A stretch of 20,000 nt of DNA from the IMG/VR virus record IMGVR_UViG_2061766007_000322. The stretch is one strand, 5' to 3'. Source of the stretch: an uncultured virus (IMG/VR IMGVR_UViG_2061766007_000322) (lineage: Duplodnaviria; Heunggongvirae; Uroviricota; Caudoviricetes). The first letter of the stretch is position 1. The number at the start of each line of letters is the position of its first letter. Both the position numbers and the translations under genes were made by a program. The notes under the pieces were generated by a model. The model searched no databases and had not been told where the DNA came from. It saw only the letters and a list, made by a program, of their open reading frames with translations. Shown here piece after piece: positions 1-6,864 of the stretch.

Positions 1-1
1 T

Positions 2-403
2 AAAGGAGTTACAGAGATTGGTGATGGTGTGTTTCAGGGTTGCGACTCACTTAAATCTGTAATGATTCCTGAAGGGGTTACAAAGATCGGTGTGGGTGTA
101 TTTTGTTATTGCAACTCACTCGAATCTGTAGTGATTCCTGAAGGGGTTACAGAGATCGGTGAAGCTGCGTTTTGGGGTTGCAACTCACTTAAATCTATAG
201 TAATTCCTGAAAGTGTTACAAAGATCGGTGAGAAGGTATTTTGTTATTGCAACTCACTCGAATCTATAGTAATTCCTGAAAGTGTTACAGAGATCGGTTA
301 TAGGGCGTTTTTGGGTTGCGACTCACTTAAATATATAGATATTCCCAAAGGAGTTACAAAGATCGGTGATGATGTATTTCTGGGTTGTGACTCGCTTAAT
401 TAG
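2..403 (+). CDS. BspA-family (LRR_5/TpLRR) leucine-rich repeat protein, copy 1; 5'-truncated by the window edge
   Basis: Frame is open from position 2 (KGVTEIGDGVFQGCDSL...), so the ORF-track start at 29 is internal. 23-aa repeats IPEGVTxIGxxAFxxCxSLxSxx. Ends with the C-cap DVFLGCDSLN and TAG at 401-403. Confidence 0.9.
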   Translation, partial: KGVTEIGDGVFQGCDSLKSVMIPEGVTKIGVGVFCYCNSLESVVIPEGVTEIGEAAFWGCNSLKSIVIPESVTKIGEKVFCYCNSLESIVIPESVTEIGYRAFLGCDSLKYIDIPKGVTKIGDDVFLGCDSLN

Positions 404-444
404 ATAACAAATTTCTGAATGGACAATGATTCATAAATAAAAAA

Positions 445-475
445 AGAGGCTGTACTATTGCCAAGTATAGCCTCT
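445..475. terminator. Terminator-like hairpin after LRR copy 1, lacking a + strand U-tract
   Basis: AGAGGCTGTACT-attgcca-AGTATAGCCTCT, a 12-bp stem with one G.T pair. A-tract upstream, no T-run downstream. Homologous to the hairpins at 1382 and 3174. Confidence 0.6.
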
Positions 476-502
476 CATTAATACAGAAAGGACGTATTTA
501 TT

Positions 503-1339
503 ATGAAAGAAAAAATTTTTATTGTACCTGATGGTACAACTATAATCACAAATGGTATGATACCAGACGATACCACTATTGTAATAATTCCCGAAGGAGT
601 TACGGAAATCGGTGAAGATGCGTTTTGTGGTTACGGCTCACTCAAATCTATAGTAATTCCTGAAGGGGTTACAAAGATCGGTGCGGGTGCGTTTTGGAGT
701 TGCGGCTCGCTTAAATCTGTAGTGATTCCTGAAGGGGTTACGGAGATCGGTGAGAAGGCATTTTGTTATTGCAAATCACTTAAATCTGTAGTGATTCCTG
801 AAGGAGTTACAGAGATCACTGAGAAGGTATTTTGTGGTTGCGACTCACTTGAGTCTGTAGTAATTCCCAAAGGTGTTACAAAGATCGGTGAGGGAGCATT
901 TAGCGGTTGTACGTCACTCAAATTTATAGAGATTCCTGAATGGGTTACGGAGATCGGTGATGATGCGTTTTGGGGTTGTGACTCTCTTAAATCTGTAGTG
1001 ATTCCCGAAGGAGTTACAAAGATAGGTATGGGTGCGTTTTGGGGTTGCACGTCACTCAAATCTATAGAGATTCCTGAAGGGGTTACAGAGATCGGTGAGG
1101 ATGCGTTTTGGGGTTGCACGTCACTCAAATCTATAGAGATTCATGAAGGGGTTACCGAGATAAGTGAGAGAGTATTTTGTGATTGCAAATCACTCGAGTC
1201 TATCGTAATTCCCAAAGGAGTTACAAAAATCGGCGATGGTGCATTTAAAGGCTGTAAATCACTCAAATCTATAGTAATTCCTGAAGGGGTTACGGAGATC
1301 GGTAATGATGTATTTCTGGGTTGCGACTCTCTCAATTAA
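503..1339 (+). CDS. BspA-family (LRR_5) leucine-rich repeat protein, copy 2 (278 aa, 11 modules)
   Basis: SD GAAAGGA at 486-492. N-cap MKEKIFIVPDGTTIITNGMIPDDTTIVI, then 11 23-aa repeats ending in the C-cap DVFLGCDSLN. No signal peptide or TM segment visible. Confidence 0.93.
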   Translation: MKEKIFIVPDGTTIITNGMIPDDTTIVIIPEGVTEIGEDAFCGYGSLKSIVIPEGVTKIGAGAFWSCGSLKSVVIPEGVTEIGEKAFCYCKSLKSVVIPEGVTEITEKVFCGCDSLESVVIPKGVTKIGEGAFSGCTSLKFIEIPEWVTEIGDDAFWGCDSLKSVVIPEGVTKIGMGAFWGCTSLKSIEIPEGVTEIGEDAFWGCTSLKSIEIHEGVTEISERVFCDCKSLESIVIPKGVTKIGDGAFKGCKSLKSIVIPEGVTEIGNDVFLGCDSLN

Positions 1340-1381
1340 ATATAAAATTTCTAAATTGACAATGATTCATAAATAAAAAAT

Positions 1382-1420
1382 GAGGTTGTACTATTGCCAA
1401 GTACAACCTCTTTTTTATTT
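1382..1420 (+). terminator. Intrinsic terminator after LRR copy 2, probably bidirectional
   Basis: GAGGTTGTACT-attgcca-AGTACAACCTC, a perfect 11-bp stem, followed by TTTTTTATTT and preceded by AAATAAAAAA. Confidence 0.85.
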
Positions 1421-1565
1421 TTATTTCGTAGATTACACATTTATAATCCAATACGTTCTATCGAAAATATTACAATGAGTTTTAATAGTCATTGTGCTGA
1501 TTAAATAGAAATGTATTGAGCAATATATATTTGATGTTCTAATCAAAATGAAAGGAAGTAATATT

Positions 1566-3132
1566 GTGGAAGAAAAAATTTTTAATATACAATCAGGTAC
1601 AACTATAATCACAAAAGGTATGGTACCAGACGATACTACTATTGTAATAATTCCTGAAGGGGTTGCGGAGATCTGTGAAGATGCGTTTTGGGGTTGCGAC
1701 TCGCTTAAATCTGTAGTAATTCCCAAAGGGGTTACAAAGATCAGCGATGGNNNNNNNNNNAGAAATCGGTAGGAAGGTATTTTGTGGTTGCGATTCACTC
1801 GAGTCTATCGTAATTCCCAAAGGAGTTACAAAGATCGGTGTGGGGGCATTTAGCGGTTGTACGTCACTCAAATCTATAGAGATTCCTGAAGGGGTTACAG
1901 AGATATGTATGGGTGCGTTTTGTGATTGCAAATCACTCGAATCTATAGAGATTCCTAAAGGAGTTACAGAGATCGGTGAGGATGCGTTTCGGGAGTGTAC
2001 ATCGCTTAAATCTGTAGTAATTCCCAAAGGGGTTACAAAGATCAGCGATGGTGCATTTTATGGTTGCGACTCGCTTAAATCTGTAATGATTCCTGAAGGG
2101 GTTACGGAGATCGGCGAGAGGGTATTTTGTGATTGCAAATCACTCGAGTCTATAGTAATTCCCAAAGGAGTTACAAAGATATGTGACGGTGCATTTAAAG
2201 GATGTAAATCACTCAAATCTATAGTAATTCCTGAAGAGGTTACGGAGATCGGTGAGGGTGCATTTTACGATTGTGACTCACTTAAATCTATAGTGATTCC
2301 CGAAGGAGTTACAAAGATCTGTAAGGAAGCGTTTTGGCATTGTAAATCGCTTAAATCTGTAGTGATTCCTGAAGGGGTTACGGAGATCGGTGAGGATGCG
2401 TTTTGGCATTGCACATCGCTTAAATCTGTAGTGATTCCTGAAGGGGTTACAGAGATCGGCGAGCGTGCGTTTTGGCATTGCACATCGCTTAAATCTGTAG
2501 TGATTTCTGAAGGAGTTACAGAGATCGGTGAGTATGCGTTTTCCTGTTGTACGTCGCTTAAATCTATAGAGATTCCCGAAGGAGTTACAAAGATTGGTGT
2601 GGGTGTGTTTTGGCATTGCACATCGCTTAAATCTATAGAGATTCCCGAAGGGGTTACAGAGATCGGTGAGCGTGCGTTTTGTGGTTGTGTGTCGCTTAAA
2701 TCTATAGAGATTCCTGAAGGGGTTACAAAGATCGGTGAGCGTGCGTTTCAAGAGTGTATGTCACTTGAATCTGTAGTGATTCCTGAAGGGGTTACAGAGA
2801 TCGGTAAATATGCGTTTTGCTGTTGTAAGTCGCTTAAATCTATAGAGATTTCCGAAGGGGTTACAGAGATCAGTGCGTATGTGTTTTTCTGTTGTACGTC
2901 GCTTAAATCTATAGTAATTCCTGAAGGAGTTACAAAGATTGGTGTGGGTGTGTTTTGGGGTTGTACGTCGCTTGAATCTGTAGTACTTCCTGAAGGGGTT
3001 ACAGAGATTGGTGAGGGAGCGTTTCGAGAGTGTACGTCGCTTAAATCTGTAATGATTCCTGAAGTAGTGATTCCAGAAGGGGTTACAAAGATATGTGAGG
3101 ATGTGTTTCTGGGTTGCGACTCACACAATTAG
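1566..3132 (+). CDS. BspA-family (LRR_5) leucine-rich repeat protein, copy 3 (>=21 modules; interrupted by a 10-N assembly gap at 1751-1760)
   Basis: GTG at 1566 aligns with the ATG of copy 2 (VEEKIFNIQSGTTIITKGMVPDDTTIVI vs MKEKIFIVPDGTTIITNGMIPDDTTIVI) and has SD GAAAGGA upstream. ORF-track pieces 1548-1772 and 1747-3132 are the two sides of the N gap. There are 20 modules after the gap and the C-cap is DVFLGCDSHN. Confidence 0.85.
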
Positions 3133-3167
3133 ATATCAAATTTCTGAATTGACAACTATTTATAAAT

Positions 3168-3220
3168 AAAAATGAGGCTGTACTTGGCAATAGTACAGCC
3201 TCATTTTTTTATTTTTATTT
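3168..3220 (+). terminator. Intrinsic terminator after LRR copy 3, probably bidirectional
   Basis: AAAAATGAGGCTGTACT-tggcaat-AGTACAGCCTCATTTTT, a perfect 17-bp inverted repeat running into a T-tract. Confidence 0.88.
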
Positions 3221-3265
3221 CATAGATTACACATTTATAATCCAAAATGATAAAGGTGATAAAAA

Positions 3266-4321
3266 ATGAATAAAGATACAAAAGAAGCGTTTATAGACGC
3301 ATTAATGTCAAGACCTGGTATTTATACAAAAAAGGTTAACGACAATGAATATAGAACAAGATGTCCTTTATGTGGTGATTCTAAAAAGAATGAAAATACA
3401 GGACATATGTATATAAAAGTAAATGTAAACGATAACTCTCCAATTCAATTTCATTGTTTTCTTTGTGAAGAAGGTGGAGTATTAAAACCATCAATGTTGT
3501 CAATGCTCGAAATAGATGATATTAATTTAAAATCATCATTAACTGTTTTAAATAAGTCTGCAGATAAAATTGATAAAAAAGGAATAATTGATGGTGGGAC
3601 TTTAAAAATTTTTGATTATGAACTTCCCGAAATAAAACGGTCAGATAAAACTAAATATATAGAAAATCGTCTTGGAATTAAATTACCAGATTCTGCATTT
3701 AAAAAGATGAAAGTAATTACATCATTAAGAGAATTTCTTATTCATAACAAGATAAAAAAACTTACATGCTCTGATAAAATAGCATATAATATAGAGAAGA
3801 ATTATGTGGGATTCTTATCATATGGAAACTCACATATTTTATTCCGTGACATTACAGAAAAACAAGAAATATCTTGGTTTAAATATCCTATAACAAAAGA
3901 TAGTTCTGTTAATAGAATATTCTATTCTATGGACGCTGAAATTGATTTATTTACTTCTGATGAAATTATAATAAATATTGCAGAAGGAGTTATGGATACA
4001 ATATCAGCACATTATAATCTTGGATATGATGGAGAAAATGTTCTTAACTTATGTGTATCTGGAAGATATTATAGTAGCTTAATTCTATTTTTAATATCCA
4101 TGGGTTTTATTGGTAGTAATATTACAATAAATATTTTTGCTGATAATGATTATATGTTCAATAACAAGAATAATGTAAATACTACAACACTTGGATATTA
4201 TAAAAAGATATTATCTGATTATAAACATCTCTTTGGAAAAATATATGTCTGGTATAACTTAAAGAGTAAAGACATAGGAGTTCCAAGAGATATGATAGAA
4301 CTTAAAAAATATATTATATAA
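3266..4321 (+). CDS. Phage DNA primase (T4 gp61/DnaG-like, Zn finger plus TOPRIM)
   Basis: N-terminal Zn finger RCPLCGDS...HMY...FHCFLC. TOPRIM motifs IAEGVMD and FADND, C-terminal KDIG. SD AAAGGTGA. Confidence 0.85.
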   Translation: MNKDTKEAFIDALMSRPGIYTKKVNDNEYRTRCPLCGDSKKNENTGHMYIKVNVNDNSPIQFHCFLCEEGGVLKPSMLSMLEIDDINLKSSLTVLNKSADKIDKKGIIDGGTLKIFDYELPEIKRSDKTKYIENRLGIKLPDSAFKKMKVITSLREFLIHNKIKKLTCSDKIAYNIEKNYVGFLSYGNSHILFRDITEKQEISWFKYPITKDSSVNRIFYSMDAEIDLFTSDEIIINIAEGVMDTISAHYNLGYDGENVLNLCVSGRYYSSLILFLISMGFIGSNITINIFADNDYMFNNKNNVNTTTLGYYKKILSDYKHLFGKIYVWYNLKSKDIGVPRDMIELKKYII

Positions 4322-4338
4322 AGCGAGGAAAATAAAAT

Positions 4339-4869
4339 ATGAAATACTATGTAAATGCTTATGTTAAAATCGACCATGTTAAAAATGGAAATAGGAAAGT
4401 TTTTCGAGCACCTACCACAGGTACACAAATTTATGGATTTGATAATCTCGAAAAGCACATTAGATTATTATGCAAAACCAGTAGTAAAACCTTTAGAAAC
4501 GCACTAATTTGTGATGATAATGACTGTGTAATTGAAAGTATGCATAATGATGAAAACAGATATGATTATGTAAAGCATATTAATAATACAGAAATATCTC
4601 CATTAGAAAAATTATTTCTTGAATTATTTTATAATGATAAGAGAACTTCTGACACAGCATTATCTACATATGACGAAATAGAAAAGTTTCTTGATAGTAG
4701 GAATTTACATGCTAAACCTATAGAAATAAAATCATTTGTTTCCGCAGTTTATCCATGCCTTTTGGGTAATGATTATAAATTTATGCTTTTAAAAGAAACA
4801 AAAGATTTTTATACATTAGAATTAGAAAATAGTGGATGGATATTTAAAAGATTAAATGTATATAGATAA
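4339..4869 (+). CDS. Hypothetical protein (176 aa)
   Basis: ORF with SD GAGGA, directly downstream of the primase and followed by a hairpin. No recognisable motif. Confidence 0.75.
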   Translation: MKYYVNAYVKIDHVKNGNRKVFRAPTTGTQIYGFDNLEKHIRLLCKTSSKTFRNALICDDNDCVIESMHNDENRYDYVKHINNTEISPLEKLFLELFYNDKRTSDTALSTYDEIEKFLDSRNLHAKPIEIKSFVSAVYPCLLGNDYKFMLLKETKDFYTLELENSGWIFKRLNVYR

Positions 4870-4873
4870 AATG

Positions 4874-4906
4874 AAGAACGTGATAACTACATATTATCAC
4901 GTTCTT
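4874..4906 (+). terminator. Terminator-like hairpin
   Basis: AAGAACGTGATAA-ctacata-TTATCACGTTCTT, a perfect 13-bp stem immediately after the stop at 4869. Confidence 0.7.
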
Positions 4907-4937
4907 ATTGATTATCAGTATTTTATATATAGATATT

Positions 4938-4947
4938 TATATATTAT
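4938..4947 (+). promoter_or_regulatory. Putative phage early promoter (TATATATTAT)
   Basis: Exact 10-mer also present, gene-oriented, at 13326, 15324 and 17839. Resembles the TATATTA(C/T) early-promoter motif of phiKZ/AR9-like phages. Confidence 0.7.
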
Positions 4948-4957
4948 TTTTGTAGTA

Positions 4958-5070
4958 AATGAGAGATGCTTATATAAGGCGTTTATATCTCTCATTACAT
5001 ATTATGGTCCGTACAGCCAGTAAATGTACCACCCATGCTCGGGTGACTGGACGAAAGTCTGGGGAAAGGA
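4958..5070 (+). ncRNA. Candidate structured 5' leader RNA upstream of the 127-aa ORF
   Basis: Stems 4958-4967/4987-4996, GTACA/TGTAC (5011-5029), CACCC/GGGTG (5030-5045) and GAC-GAAA-GTC (5050-5059). Possible pseudoknot CCAGT(5017-5021)/ACTGG(5046-5050). Ends at SD AAAGGA. No Rfam family recognised. Confidence 0.4.
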
Positions 5071-5076
5071 GCATTT

Positions 5077-5460
5077 ATGACAAATGAAATTAAAACAGAT
5101 GGAACGTCAGTTGATCTCGTGTTCTCAGCTTTTGCAGCACTCAAGCATCTTCATAGTATGTTTAACACAGTCTCAGAAACAGCACGTCCGGAAGCTGAGT
5201 GGCTTGAAAACGATGTTGTAAGAAAAGTGATCCGTATATCAATATCAACAGCTGTAGAAGAAGCAAACTGCATATCAAAAGAGATAAAGGCTGCAATTGA
5301 CAAACTTCAGACGGCGAGTGTCTTGAATGAAAATGAAGAGGATAGTATGAGAGAAGCACTGATGCACATATCAGCAGAGGTAGAATTCATTAAAAACCAG
5401 CTTATCAATAAACAAACAATGATTCATGAAATTGATGTATACTATGACGAAACTGAATAA
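5077..5460 (+). CDS. Hypothetical protein (127 aa, predicted helical/coiled-coil, acidic); apparent stand-alone transcription unit
   Basis: SD GAAAGGAG at 5064-5071. Own promoter motif upstream and own terminator downstream. Confidence 0.8.
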   Translation: MTNEIKTDGTSVDLVFSAFAALKHLHSMFNTVSETARPEAEWLENDVVRKVIRISISTAVEEANCISKEIKAAIDKLQTASVLNENEEDSMREALMHISAEVEFIKNQLINKQTMIHEIDVYYDETE

Positions 5461-5484
5461 CGAGCATAGCAATCTGATCACAGC

Positions 5485-5528
5485 AGAACTCGGCATCGAC
5501 ACTCAAGTTGGTGTCGGGTTCTTTTTTT
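5485..5528 (+). terminator. Intrinsic terminator
   Basis: AGAACTCGGCATCGAC-actcaa-GTTGGTGTCGGGTTCT, a 16-bp stem with four G.U pairs (so it folds well only on the + strand), followed by a T-run. Confidence 0.85.
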
Positions 5529-5581
5529 ATTATTTTTTAGCTAACTTAGTAATAAACTATTATTAAGGAGGCTTTTTAATT

Positions 5582-6859
5582 ATGCTTTATGAAATTATAA
5601 GTAAAGATGAAACCCCGATTTCACAAATGCATATCTATTTGAAAAACAAAACTAATGATGATGGTGGAAATCTTCCTGAGATATTACATGATTTAGCTGT
5701 TGCAGAAAGTGTTAATCCTCTTTACGCATTTGCTGTATATTGTGTAATTACTGATAATATTACAAAAGAACCGAAAAATGCTAATAAATATCCTACAAAA
5801 GAAGTTATGCTATTAGCGTTTATCCAATATCTTAAAGGTATGGCAACTACTATTGGGTTAAATAAAAAACAGGTGAGTATATTATATGACAATCTTAAAG
5901 AATCGCAGCTTATTGGTCATTCACCAACTCTATTAAATCTTGATGGTGATTTATTCACATCACATTATGATAATAATAAATACTATAGTAAAGAGGCTGC
6001 AGATGAGGCAGAGGATTCATTTCCGTATTGGGTAATAAATATAGTTAAAGAAATAAAAAATAGTAATGAACTTATTACGCCAAAAAAGAATGTTGTATAT
6101 GAACTTCCCTATTATATCCAGAATATTTCTGGTACTTCTATACCCATTTATGATTCATTAGATAAAGAAAAAAGAAATGTAATTGGTAATATTCCACCAA
6201 CTGGTCTTGAACCTGTATTCAAAATTGAAAGAAACTGTGCAAGATTACTTTCATCCGTGTATGCATATGTTGATTTAAATGACAAAATGATTATTCCTGT
6301 AAAACATCTTGAAGATTATTCTGAACTCGAATTGGCTAATGTTGATGAAGTTATATTCCCTAAATTACCATTTGATATAATTGTAAAAGATTCTATTATT
6401 GGTAGGTATGGAATTAATAATCACTATAATACAGATGGTGACCATGAATATAAAACAGATGATAAAATATGTATAATAAACGTATATATGAATACGTATG
6501 GTGTTACTGAAGATGGATTTTTTATTCCATTTGACTTTTCGCATATAAAATTCTATGAAGAGCAAAAAATAGAAGAGTCTGTATCTATTTCTCAGGAACA
6601 TACAAAACTGACAGATGGTTTTAATGTTAAAGAAAGATATGTAGTATGTGTAAAATGTACAAATGAACAGACAAAAATTAAAACATTAGATATACTCAGA
6701 AAACATGTAAAAGAAACAGAACCATATGTATATGAAAATACAATGGGTATATTTGTTATTATAGGTTCATATAACACATTCGATAAAGCATGTTCAATGA
6801 GAAAATCATCTCTTAAATTTGGTTGTAAAGCATCTATTATTGATACAGAAAATTTATAA
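5582..6859 (+). CDS. Peptidoglycan-binding protein: degenerate glucosaminidase (GH73-like) domain, SH3b-like region and C-terminal SPOR-like domain
   Basis: N-terminus IISKDETPISQMHIYLK...AESVNPLYAFAVYCVITD...YPTKEVMLLAFIQYLKGMA...SPTLLNLDG resembles clostridial glucosaminidase domains. IPIYDSLDKEKRNVIGNIP is SH3b-like. FVIIGSYNTFDKACSMRKSSLKFGCKASII is SPOR-like. SD AAGGAGG. Confidence 0.6.
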   Translation: MLYEIISKDETPISQMHIYLKNKTNDDGGNLPEILHDLAVAESVNPLYAFAVYCVITDNITKEPKNANKYPTKEVMLLAFIQYLKGMATTIGLNKKQVSILYDNLKESQLIGHSPTLLNLDGDLFTSHYDNNKYYSKEAADEAEDSFPYWVINIVKEIKNSNELITPKKNVVYELPYYIQNISGTSIPIYDSLDKEKRNVIGNIPPTGLEPVFKIERNCARLLSSVYAYVDLNDKMIIPVKHLEDYSELELANVDEVIFPKLPFDIIVKDSIIGRYGINNHYNTDGDHEYKTDDKICIINVYMNTYGVTEDGFFIPFDFSHIKFYEEQKIEESVSISQEHTKLTDGFNVKERYVVCVKCTNEQTKIKTLDILRKHVKETEPYVYENTMGIFVIIGSYNTFDKACSMRKSSLKFGCKASIIDTENL

Positions 6860-6864
6860 AAAAT

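Larger units (their letters stand above)
1..3129 (+). repeat. Coding tandem repeats with a 69-nt unit (LRR modules) across three genes
   Basis: Recurrent framework ...tc(a/g)ct(t/c)aaatct(g/a)tag(t/a)(g/a)attcc(t/c)gaagg(g/a)gttac(a/g)(g/a)agatcggt NNN NNN g(c/t)(g/a) ttt NNN NNN tg(c/t)... every 69 nt. Confidence 0.95.

Noticed and set aside
1356..1384. Host sigma-A promoter from TTGACA (1356-1361; also 3149-3154)
   Set aside because: No -10 box at 16-18 nt spacing, it points directly into a terminator, and copy 1 has TGGACA.
1548..1772. Separate 74-aa ORF or frameshifted pseudogene
   Set aside because: The frame break coincides with a 10-N scaffold gap. Both sides are parts of an LRR gene.
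766..3128. Antisense ORFs over the LRR genes (766-1128, 1141-1335, 1433-1798, 1593-2027, 2265-2621, 2278-2751, 2748-3128)
   Set aside because: Shadow ORFs produced by the repeated framework being stop-poor on the reverse strand. No SD sites or independent coding signal.
1..3132. Diversity-generating retroelement as the source of LRR variation
   Set aside because: No reverse transcriptase or non-coding template repeat in the window, and differences between modules involve all four bases rather than being adenine-specific. A remote DGR cannot be excluded but nothing here supports one.
1..3132. CRISPR array (regular repeats with variable intervals)
   Set aside because: The 69-nt period is a multiple of three, stays in one open frame and shows synonymous variation. 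It is a coding LRR repeat, and there are no cas genes.
4310..4317. TATATTAT at the end of the primase gene as a fifth early promoter
   Set aside because: Shorter match inside coding sequence (YII codons) and very close to the next SD. Expected by chance in AT-rich DNA.
5005..5062. Assignment of the structured leader to hammerhead, twister, pistol, HDV/theta ribozymes or a preQ1/c-di-GMP riboswitch
   Set aside because: The conserved cores as I recall them (e.g. hammerhead CUGANGA) are not present. Kept only as an unassigned candidate.
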